Of a DNA stretch of 64,000 bases, positions 39,670 to 51,255 are shown piece by piece. Each line of letters opens with the position of its first letter. Within the stretch, counting starts at the first letter, position 1. The DNA lies in the NCBI GenBank assembly GCA_964016885.1, contig OZ024751.1, positions 24,676,001 to 24,740,000 of the forward strand, in the 5' to 3' direction. A model generated the notes under the pieces. It saw only the letters and a program-made list of their open reading frames with translations, did not search any database and had not been told where the DNA came from. This stretch comes from Eledone cirrhosa (lineage: Eukaryota). Both the position numbers and the translations under genes were made by a program.

Positions 39670-40120
39670 AAGAGAGATAGAGGGATGTCGACAGTTGGAG
39701 AGAGAGGGCGAAGAGAGATAGAGGAATGTAGATAGTTGGAGAGAGAGGGGGAAGAGAGATAGGGGAATGTAGATAGTTGGAGAGAGAGGGGGAAGAGAGA
39801 TAGGGGAATGTAGATAGTTGGAGAGAGAGGGGGAAGAGAGATAGGGGAATGTAGATAGTTGGAGAGAGAGGGAGAAAAGAGATAGAGGAATGTAGATAGT
39901 TGGAGAGAGAGGGGGAAGAGAGATAGGGGAATGTAGATAGTTGGAGAGAGAGGGGGAAGAGAGATAGGGGAATGTAGATAGTTGGAGAGAGAGGGAGAAA
40001 AGAGATAGAGGAATGTAGATAGTTGGAGAGAGAGGGGGAAGAGAGATAGGGGAATGTAGATAGTTGGAGAGAGAGGGGGAAGAGAGATAGGGGAATTAGA
40101 TAGTTGGAGAGAGAGGGGAA
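39670..40120. repeat. 41-bp purine-rich minisatellite
   Basis: Units like gagagataggggaatgtagatagttggagagagagggggaa. Confidence 0.9.
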
Positions 40121-40369
40121 AGAGAAACACAGGGAGGGAGAGAATAAGAACAATGGTAACTCAAACATACAAACACACACACACATATACCACTCAAACA
40201 TACACACACATATATCACTCAAACATACACACACAGCCTATTTCTGTTGTAAGATGGTGGTTACATTCTTGTACCAGATCAGGCTATAGAAACCAACACA
40301 CCAAAAGTAACCAGCTTATGAAAAAAGCAGCGTGGAGGGTGAAAAGTATTTCATAATATAAATACACAG

Positions 40370-41480
40370 GCTATGAAATGTTGAAGGTATCTGGAATGGT
40401 GGGACATATTGGAATGCTGGGTACATAAAATATGTAGTGGGATCAGAGGTAAGCTATCTAAGAATGTAGATTTTATATATGGCCAATGCTCAAGTGCAGT
40501 TAGTAGCAAGGACCCACTGGATGCTTTCTCCTTCAACTGCCCAGATGGTTCTAGAGAAATAGTAGACACATTCCGTTACCTGGGTGACAAAATCAGCAGT
40601 GGAGGAGGGTGCTCTGAAAGTGTAGTAGCCAGAGTTAGAGCAGGATGGAAAAAGTTCAGAGAGCTAATACCACTGTTGGCCACAAGGGGTTTTTCTCTAA
40701 AAGTGAAAGGCAGATTGTATGATGTGTGCATACGAACGACGATATTACATGGTAGTGAGACCTGGGCGCTGTGTGTAGAAGACTTGCGTAGATTAGAAAG
40801 AAACAAAACTTGCATGCTCCGATGGATGTGTAATAGTAATGTGCGTGAATGGCGAAGCACAAAGGAATTAAGAGAGAGACTAAGCATAAGAGGTATCAAA
40901 TGTTGTGTTCTGGAGAGGAGATTGCGTTGGTATGGACATGTGATGTGTATGAAGGACGACAGCTGTATAAAAAAGTGCAGGGCAATGAAAATTGATAGAA
41001 GCTATGGAGTGGGTAGTCCAAGAAAAACCTGGGACGAGGTGATAAAAACTGACCTTGCCCACTTACACCTCTCTAAGACAATGTCACTGGATCGAGATTT
41101 TAGGTCCTATACAGTTGTACAGAAGACCCGATTGCCATTGCATACAAACCTACATTCAGTAGGCACCACTTAACCCAATGTACACCCCACCCCACACACC
41201 TTACCCCACACACCATACCCCATCCTCCCTTTCCTGTTCCCTCCACTGTGTTGATGACACAACACTCCACACTGTAAGGTGGCCGTGTAGGAGACATGGT
41301 AAAAAGGCTCCCAGTCCACACTGTAAATGTGGGTGGTGTTAGGAAGGGCATCCATCTGCAAAAATAACCTGCCATAGACACTTCCGTACAAGCGAGACAT
41401 GGTCTCCCAACCATTCTCGCATCAAATGGAACAAAACCGTCTAATCCATTCTGGAAGATGTACGTTGAACGATGATGATA
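40370..41480 (+). mobile_element. Internally deleted RTE LINE 3' part with 3'UTR and (GAT)n tail
   Basis: ORF 40409-41173 contains FRYLGD, ILHGSETW, RRLRWYGHV and GSPRKTW. The first ~40 bp match 17862-17895 and then jump past the RT domain. Confidence 0.88.
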
Positions 41481-41599
41481 ACTATGTCATATATATATAT
41501 ATATATATAACCCATGCTACTGTGGAAAATTGACATTAAATGATGATGATGACACATGCATATATATGGGTGCGGCAGGCATCATATATATAAATATGT

Positions 41600-41645
<46 letters not shown>

Positions 41646-43224
41646 AAACTCAAACCATTATGAATATATTGAGAAGAATGAAAATCTAGAAAGAAGAAAG
41701 TAATTTATATTATTTAAATACATTTATTACTGCATTGTCGGTAGCACAGCAGGAGGTGGTACTACAAGGGTCAGTTCTTCATATCACCCATGAAAAACAC
41801 AACACAATACACTAAAAATGTCACCCAGCATAAACATGTGGACTGACATCAGCTTACTCCTCCTAATTAAACTACTGAACGTCAAATAAGTGGAGGTGCA
41901 TGGCCTAGTGTAAAGGTGTTGGACTTATGATGATAATTGTTTCTACTTTTGGCACAAGGCCAGCAATTACCCAGTGTATTACTGGTACTTTATTTTATCG
42001 ACCCTGTAAGGATGAAAGGCAAAGTTAACCTCGGCGGGATTTGAACTCAGATCATAAAGGGACGTAACTACGCTGGAAAGCATGTCTGACCCTCTAGATA
42101 ATGTTGTGTGTTGTGTTCTTGAACAAAACACTTCATTTCACATTGCTCCAGTACACTTAGCTGTAAATGAGTACCAGCAGTAGCCGAGGGTTTGACCCTG
42201 CGGTGGACTGGCGTCATGTCTAGAGGGGGAGTCTTGTACTCTCAGCCACTTAACGCCATGGAAACTGAGATAAGCACACTGGCCAGATGAACCTCCAGGC
42301 TCCTGGCAAACTTTAGACTTCAGATGTAAAATAAACAAACAACAATATAACAAGTGTTTTAATGCCATTTTCCTTGCTAAAGAATGGGTTAGCTTTGAAG
42401 GGAGTTACACATGACAGTCTAAATCTAAAGTCTGTCTTAAGGCATTTAAGGCTTGTTAGGGATGTGCTTGTCTTGGTTTCATGGCGTGAAGTGACTGAGA
42501 GTGCAAAACTCAACCCTGGACAGGATGCCAGTCCATTGCGGGGTTAAACCCTCAGATGAGTATACTGGAGCAACGTGAAATGAAGTGTTTTGCTCAAGAA
42601 CACAACACACAATCCAGCCCAGGATTCAAACCTATGACATTATGATCATAAGTCCAACACCCTCACGACTGTGCCACAGGCCTTCACATCATGACAAACT
42701 TCATATTAATCATTGGGTCCTTTTCTTAGGCAATGTCTTACAGCCAGATGCTGTTCCTGCGCCCAACTCTTTTAGTTACCTGTTACAACATAGACTAAGA
42801 TATGGTGATATGGTGCATATATTCTAAATCTAGAACACACAGAAATGTTGTTGAATAAACAAACTGTTGAATAAAAAACAAAAAATAAAATAAGCTTGTG
42901 AGTGTTTATCTTCTGGAGATAGTATGTCACCAGTGACATGCATTCCCATGATGCATTGCTTACCTTATAAATATTATTATTTATTTAATTATCTAACCTT
43001 GTTTTCTGTTTCACATTTTCCTAAACTATTAGACTCCATAGCGGACTAATTGAAGTATGACATAATAAATTGATAATGGCAGAAGATTTTTTCTAAATTT
43101 TATTTTGAAAGAGATACAAAGATATGATCACTGATAACAGCTAATGTCCCTCAAATATGCAACATTCCATTTGCATACTCTATCATTTTTTCACATCATG
43201 CCCCAGTGGTATATACATACATAG

Positions 43225-43300
<76 letters not shown>

Positions 43301-44299
43301 TGTGTGTGTATATATATAGAAATAGCCGGGCTAGACACCCGATCGCACGGTTAAACCATATATATCATCATCATCATCATCATCGTTTAACGTCCATCTT
43401 CCACGCTTGCATGGGTTTGGACGGGAGTTTTCCCACTTGAGGCAAGATTGGTTGTCCTGCTCGTATAGGACTGTCTGGCGGGTTTTCTACGGCTGGATGC
43501 CCTTCCTAACACCAACCACGTTTACAGTGTGGACTGGGAGGTTTTTACCGTGTTACCTACACGGCCACATTACAGCGTGGACTGTGTGTTTTTTTGTTGT
43601 GACACCTACACGACCTCATTTGTTTCGGACTGGATGTTGTGGTACCAACATAACTTCACATACATATATACAAATACACATACATATATACATATATACA
43701 CATACATATGAATATACAAGTGGAGAGATGCTGTGCTGATAGGACCCACCCAACCTTTGCAAGCAGGGAAAAGCAGACGTAAAATGATGATGATGATGAT
43801 GATACACACACACATAATATATATATATACACATATATAAATACACATACACACTTACAAACACATACATATACATATATACACATCACAAAAATGTAAG
43901 AAAAGGGGGTGTTGGTGTTTTGAGATGAGTGATGGGGTTACCATGGCATGACAGGGTCGGTAACCCCCTAAGTAAGACATTGGCCCCTCGCAAGATGGGC
44001 AAACAGATGGGTCAAATAAAAAAGAAAACTTTTTTTGCTCTACATGGCTGAATACAATAAATGTAATCTGAGTTTTTTTAATATTAACATTCGATTCGTT
44101 TGCAATTATTCAAACAAGCCTCAATTTTATAGCCATGTCAGTAGAATGAACCCTTCATTCTTGCTCTTGTGTTGGCATGTGAACAGAACTGCAGACACTA
44201 ATGTTTCTGGCTATCACACTTCATCAGTACAACTCACTGTTCACCTACCAAACTGTCAGAGCTAGTGAAAATATATGCTATTTTAAAAAATACACAGTG

Positions 44300-44440
44300 A
44301 CTGATTGGCCTGATTTGCATATTAGCAGACTGGCTGATCTGTCAGATTTACATATTAGCAGACTGGCTGATCAGTCAGATTTGCATATCAGCAGACTGGC
44401 TGATCAGTCAGATTTGCATATCAGCAGACTGGCCAGTCAG
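44300..44440. repeat. 33-bp tandem repeat (~4 copies)
   Basis: Unit gatttgcatatcagcagactggctgatcagtca. Confidence 0.85.
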
Positions 44441-44573
44441 TTTCCTGTATACGAGCGATAAATGGCCGGCTTTTCCAAATTCAAGTAAAAAAGAAAACCA
44501 TAGATAACTTTGTTAAAGAGATAATTATGATTGGAAAATGGAATAACAGGAAAAAAGGAATCAATTTACTCAC

Positions 44574-44729
44574 ATAAATTTCACCATTCCAAGAGTGGCA
44601 GAATTTGGTTTTGACATCCCATGGACTGGCAATGGAAGATGTGTGAAAGAGTCTTGACAAATGTAAGTGACATGGTTGCCTTCTTTAGCATAGGAAATGG
44701 CACACTGGAAAAGCAGGGAACTTTTATTC
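44574..44729 (-). CDS. SWSAP1: Second coding exon of SWSAP1-like gene ([52 protein letters not shown])
   Basis: Minus strand reads ttttttctccaag|G...TTTAT|gtgagt, 156 nt, phase 2/2. The peptide resembles from memory the SWSAP1 segment GKTALLFAAALEAAGEG...VLFL...IRF. Confidence 0.8.
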
Positions 44730-45444
44730 CTTGGAGAAAAAAAGCAAAAATATATATATATAAATATATATAAAGACATATGAATATATATAAATATATA
44801 TGAATATATAAAGACATATAAATATATATAAAGACATATGAATATATATAAATATATATGAATATATAAAGACATATAAATATATATAAAGACATATGAA
44901 TATATATAAATATATATGAATATATAAAGACATATAAATATATATAAAGACATATGAATATATACAAATATATATGAATATATAAAGACATATAAATATA
45001 TATAAAGACATATGAATATATATAAATATATATGAATATATATAAATATATAATAGTGTTAATAATTATAATATTATTAATAAATGGAGTATTAAAACAG
45101 CTTGACTGGATGGTTAAAAGCTCAATGCAATGGGATGACACAGAGCTGTTATAATTTTAAAAACCAAAGATTCAAGGCATTGTCAAACTGACACATGTTT
45201 CTGCTGACCTAAACCTCATCCCAGGGTCAATGAATTGCAGTTAAAAAACTCTCAAAATTTGGGTTTGTGGTTTTTCTCACATCTGTGCTGTTGAAGTGTG
45301 TATACAGATGTGAGAAAAACCACAAACCCTCCATCTCAATTCTACTTTTGAAAAGCAGAAGAACTGCGAAACTGGTAAAGGAACCAAATAAATATATATT
45401 TTAAAAAAAAAGACTCCAGTTGCATTTTTGATTTCATCTTTTTT

Positions 45445-45510
<66 letters not shown>

Positions 45511-45972
45511 TCTCTGTTTAACGTCCATTTTTCCACACTGGCATGGGTTAGACGTGTTATCTTGTTGTGTGCAATGCTAGGTCAGGTGGTCATATCAAGC
45601 TCATACAAAACCAATTTTGGCTTGGTTCCTATAGCTGGATGCCCTTCCTAGTGCCATCCTCATTTACAAAGAGTACAGGGTGTTTTCTTTGTTGTGACAC
45701 CTACATCACCATGTTCTATGCATGCATGGGTTAAGCACGTTGTGATGTGCTGAAACTAATCTGGTCAAGTGACCATGTCTTACATGTTTGCTGCATTTTT
45801 GGCTTGGATGCTCTTCCTAATATTAACCACTTTACAGTGTGTACTGGTAAATTTCTATCATGACTCTAGCACTAATACCTTACAGGATGGGTGGTGTGTT
45901 TTTAATCATGGCATCAGCAACAGCATCTTTACAGGGTAGACTTAGTGCTTTTTATCGTAGTACCATATGTAT

Positions 45973-46013
<41 letters not shown>

Positions 46014-46111
46014 CAGGGTGTCCCAAAACATGCATACACACTTTGATTACTAGTACAGGCAATATTTATTAGAATGCCGTTGAAGTGTGTATACATTTTG
46101 GGGACACACTG
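46014..46111. mobile_element. Tc1/mariner-type MITE (~100 bp); second copy ~1864-1961
   Basis: TA|cagggtgtcccaaaa ... ttttggggacacactg|TA. Confidence 0.75.
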
Positions 46112-46691
46112 TATATATATATACACACACACAAACACATATATACACACACAAACACACATACACACCAATTTTAATCATTTCTCTTCATTCTTAAGAA
46201 GCAAATTGTTCTAAAAAATTGTACCTGGCTTTCTCTGAAATATATATTAAACAAAGAATGACTGAATGAATTCTGAAAAATTACATTTTCTATATCCAAC
46301 TTTCATCACCGACAATTTTATTTCAAAGAAAACCAAAAAAAAAACACAAAAAAACAAAAACCAATTAAATTGAGTTGAAACTTATATTGATTATATTTTC
46401 TGGAGAATTTTATTTCATATTCGTGAAAGATCTTTCCCAGTTGCGTTCTAACAAATCAATGATACAGCTAAAATGTACAACTCTGGTATAATTTCTAACT
46501 TTAATAGTTATAGCTTTTACTTTTGTTGGAAGTGAAGCAAAGAGGTATTAGCTGATTTTAAGGAGAGCAAAGTGAATCAAGGAGGAAGTGAATTTGAAAG
46601 ATGGGCTATTATTACAGCACGGAGGATGAGGGGTGAGGGAGAAAATGTTTTTTTTCTTTTTAAATTGATTAAAATATGGCTTCTGGCATTA

Positions 46692-46736
<45 letters not shown>

Positions 46737-46737
46737 C

Positions 46738-48265
46738 ATTTCATTTATCTTGCTTTATGTTCATATGAGTTATCACCAAGTCACAACCAGTGACAACAAG
46801 ATCTGCCATGTTCAAGAAAGAACATACACACACACACATGTATCTTTAGGTGTTTAGACTTGTGATATATTTATATTGACAGAATCTTCTTTAGTATAAG
46901 GGCAGTTCCCATTAGTACTATCTTTTGTAATTCTTCTATACGCGGGTTTCCTGGGTTTTAGGATAAGTAAGCATTAGACCCTTTAGGTATCATTCCTAGA
47001 GCGCCTACAACCACTGGTATTGTTTTAGTTCTCAACTTCCACATTTTTCCAATTTTTATCTCCAGGTCTTTAACTTGCTCAATTTTTCAAATGTTTTTAT
47101 AGATACATTCTTGTCTATAGGAATGGTCATATCAATTAGCAGGCATACCCTCTTTTTAAAGTCCTTCAGTATTATATCAGGTCTATTTGCATCTATCTGT
47201 TTGGATGCTAAAGTTCCACAAAATTAAGATGTGACCTTTTTCAAGTACAGGAGGTGGTTGATGCTCCCACCAATTCTTTTGATGAGGCAGGTCAAAATGC
47301 TTACACATTACCCAATATATGTATTGTGCAGCTCTGTCATGCCTATTTAGGTATTCGGTTGGAGCTATAGGACTGCACATTGAAATTATATGATCAATGG
47401 TTTCTGGTTGTTTTTTACATACACGTCATAATGGGTTGCATTCATTTTTTATGATGTTGGCTTGATAATTTTTTATTGGCAGACACTGATCTTGTGCTGA
47501 TATAATCAGTCATTCAGTCTCCGATTTCAGTCCAGAGGATGCCAACCAATGATGGGTTAAAGTTTTGTCAACATCAGGATTGTTAGCTCTTTCTGGGTAT
47601 TTTCCATACAGAGGCTTTTCTTGCCATTTCTTAGCCAGTTTCTGAAGCAGTTCTTTCTTTGCAGTTACTTTTACCTGCTTTGCTTTTTCTGTGTTTTTCA
47701 TTTCAGCAGTAAATGGAACTTCTGAAATGTGTAGTTCATTACTGTATCTTTGTGTATCTTTTGTAATGGAGTGTGATCTTTTGATGCTTTCATGTTTCAA
47801 AACGAGTTTGATCATCCAATCATGTGATTCCCTTAGATATGTAGATAATCCAATTGTTGCAGTTTTCAAAGAAATATCTAACTGGATTAATCCATGTCCT
47901 TCTTCTTTCCTAGGGAGATATATTCTATCTGTATCTGCCTTAGGGTGATGCATTCTGTGCATGGTTAAGAATTTTCTAATTTTCGTATCGAGCCTACGGA
48001 TCTCTGTGCTTGACCAGTTGATGACATTGAAACTGTAGGTTACTACTGGTATGACAAGTGTGTTTATGGCATCGATCCTGTTCCTTGCATGCGACTCCGT
48101 TCTTAAGATTGTTCTTACTCTGCGGTAACATTCCTCCCTTATCCTTTCCGTCATTGTCGAATGCTTGATTCCGTCTCCTTCACAAACACCTAGATATTAG
48201 CTAGTTTGTTACTGTCGATATAATCTCTGTTTTCAGGATGTTTCTTTTTTCAGTTGATATACGTT
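46738..48265 (-). mobile_element. R4/Dong-clade (restriction-like endonuclease) non-LTR retrotransposon 3' part
   Basis: ORFs 47510-48154 (HHPKAD.DRIYLPRKEEGHGL) and 47183-47380 (YLNRHD, WNFSIQTDR). The 3' end abuts (TAA)n at 46690-46737 on the element strand. Confidence 0.88.
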
Positions 48266-48431
48266 TGTTCTGTATTCGATCTATTTGATTGGCAGTAATG
48301 TGAGAGAAAAATGTACCCAAGATAGACATGTAGCATGTAATATATCAGAAAGAACCATAAATGGAAATGTGGTACAGAGAAAGCACAGGTAACAATGGAA
48401 TATAGTGGTACGAGACATAGCATAGTAACAT

Positions 48432-49075
48432 AGTGGTACCACAGGTGAGAGAGTGATAGAGAGGTACCACAGGTGAGAATTTGACATATACCACAGTTGA
48501 CAATGTGACAGGCAGGTACCAAAGGTGTCAATGTGACAGGTAACACAGGTGACAATGTGACAGGTACAATAGGTGACAGTGTGACAGGTGACAATGTGAC
48601 AGGTACCATAGGTGACAATATGCCAGGTACCACAGGTGAGAATGTGACAGGTACCACAGGTGATAGTGTGATAGGTACCACAGGTGACAAAGTGACTGAC
48701 AGGTACCACAGGTGACAAGTACCAAAGGTGACTATGTGACAAGCACCAAAGGTGACAATGTGACAGGCACCAAAGGTGACAATGTGACAGGTACCACAGG
48801 TGACAATGTGACAAGCACCAAAGGTGACAATGTGACAGGCACCAAAGGTGACAATGTGACAGGTACCACAGGTGACAATGTGACAGGTACCACAGGTGAC
48901 AATGTGACAAGCACCAAAGGTGACAATGTGACAGGTACCACAGGTGACAATGTGACATGTACCATAGGTGACAATGTGACAGGTACCACAGGTGACAATG
49001 TGACAAGCACCAAAGGTGACAATGTGACAGGTACCACAGGTGACAATGTGACAGATACCACAGGTGACAATGTGT
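48432..49075. repeat. 24-bp minisatellite
   Basis: Unit ggtgacaatgtgacaggtaccaca; homogeneous on the right, degenerate on the left. Confidence 0.92.
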
Positions 49076-49243
49076 TATAGAGTTACCCCCAACCTTTGCT
49101 GCTGTTGTTTCTTTATTTCTTGGTGCATGCTGAGATTGATTTAGTCAACTTTCCCCAACCCCAAACATTGCTGGCCTTGAGCCTATATCAGAAACAATTA
49201 TTAAAACTGCCATATCATAGAAATCCTACTTTAATTTACTTAC

Positions 49244-49374
49244 ATGTCATTAAATGTACATAAAACAACAGGTTTCTCTTCTTTCTCCCAAATACTCAAA
49301 CATTGGAGCAGTTTTTCTTTGTCCCCTTTCATCCAATGTGACAGCAAAGGAAACATGCGTGTCAACACAGACAT
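49244..49374 (-). CDS. SWSAP1: First coding exon of SWSAP1-like gene (MSVLTRMFPLLSHWMKGDKEKLLQCLSIWEKEEKPVVLCTFND-M)
   Basis: Minus strand reads ttttatcttgcag|aATG...GACAT|gtaagt. It has 43 codons + 2 nt, and its phase 2 matches the next exon. The acceptor just before the ATG implies an upstream 5'UTR exon. Confidence 0.72.
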
Positions 49375-49943
49375 TCTGCAAGATAAAACAAACTATTTTG
49401 AGCTGTATATTATAATAACTGCACAATGTGGCCTAGTGGTTAGGGTGTTGGACCTATGATCAAAATCTGATGGGTTTGGTTCCTGGACCAGATTGTATGC
49501 TGTGTTCTTATGTAAAACACTTTGTTTCATGTTTCTCATGAAATATTATGGTGATATATTTAACTTTCCTATTATAAAACTGGTGTTTTGAACAAACCTT
49601 AACAAATGTTCTCACATAAAATTATGATGGAAGGGTTTTATCTGAGTATAAAACAATTTAACTCATTCATTATCATATTTCTAATGAAAGACTGCCAATA
49701 ATTTTCAAATCATTTTGAAAATAATTAAGAATTTAAAGGGATTTAGTGATATAGCTAACTTTAGTATTATTAAACTGGTGTTTGGAACATAACTTAACAG
49801 AGTTTTTTTCATAAAATGATGAAGGTGGTTCTTTCGTTTAGATAAATATAAATGCTTTTTAACAGTTTTGTATTATAGATCCAGAGGAGGTGTTAAGCAG
49901 TTTAAGTGGTTTGATATCAAAAAGATTAGTGTTGGGTTTAAAG

Positions 49944-50020
<77 letters not shown>

Positions 50021-50097
50021 CACATATCTATATATATACAAAATATATATATACATATATATATAAAACAATTACATTTTAGCTTAATACATTTAAT

Positions 50098-50144
50098 TGC
50101 TGACGATCGTTTCTTCCAGACAACTGTCTGGAATCATCAGATTT
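50098..50144 (-). ncRNA. Degenerate hammerhead motif
   Basis: CUGAUGA-UUCCAGACA gu UGUCUGGAA-GAAA-CGAUCG-UC^; helix I is poorly paired. Same family as 24573-24619. Confidence 0.5.
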
Positions 50145-50744
50145 ATTCAAATCAACTACAGCCTATAAACTTTAATAAACCCTACCACCCTATATTCTAT
50201 CTGATATCCTTTTCTCTTACTTAATTATAATATAACCATAACATATATATATATATATATTAATAAACTCCTTCCTATATCTCATAGCTAATACAAATCA
50301 TATATTTCTTAATAACCAAATAAATAAACACTTTATGCACCCTACTATGCTTTCCATCCTTACTACTAAAGTAATATAACAATAATTAGATTGCTGCCAC
50401 CACTAATTACTCCATTATATTTCCATATATTATATAAATCCCTCTCTAGTTATTAATAATTCAACTCTCTTTACACAATTTGAATAAATAATAATAATAA
50501 TTAATTTTTATATATTATTGATAAATAATTAATAATTTATAATTTATAAATATTAATTTATACCAGCATTTAATGAATGTTAATCTTTAATAGATAATTA
50601 ACACAAATTTTTTTATTAATACCCCTCCCCCCTCTATATCAATAAATATTAATAGATTATAATTCTTTGGAAAAGTTTTTAAGAATTATATTAATTGATA
50701 AAATTAATAAATAAATATATAATAAACAAGTATATTAATTGATT

Positions 50745-51255
50745 AACTGATTTGGGATTGTATAGCCTTGATGTAGTTCAGCATGCTGTCTTTTGCTTAT
50801 AGCTAAGTCTCCCAGGTAGGAAATTTTACTCATGTTAGTGAGTTTCACCAGGCCTCTGACATTCAGTAGCAGCACTGGTGTGACATTTGGGGTGTCAGCA
50901 ATGGCTGTCGGTGTGACACCTGGCCTGGTGTCAGTGGCGGCCACCCTGGGTCCCTTAATTGTGGTGGTCTCAAATGCTGGTGTGAGTGACACTGGCTCTG
51001 AAAATGATGCAGCCAGGTCAGCTGTCCCACAATCTTCTCTACCATCACTAAAAAATGTTTTTGCTCTGCTGCCGCCATCCGTATTTCGTCGGCATATGCG
51101 TGCTTTCTCCTTGTTGGAGCAGCACGCGCGACATCAGCATACTTCTGGGGCAGCTTGATCGGTTCTGGTTTTGGCTGGGGCATGTTGTGTGAGTAGGTTG
51201 GGCGTAGTTCGCTTGGGGCCTGGGGTGAGCAAATCTACAGCCTGTCCCTGTTTCT
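50745..51255 (-). mobile_element. LINE fragment spanning ORF1 end and APE start
   Basis: LLLNVRGL...KISYLGDL is an APE N-terminal motif. The segment is GC-richer than its flanks. Confidence 0.6.

Noticed and set aside
48250-49080. Mucin- or antifreeze-like repeat ORFs (GDNVTGTT)n
   Set aside because: A 24-bp intronic minisatellite open in several frames on both strands, with no splice evidence.
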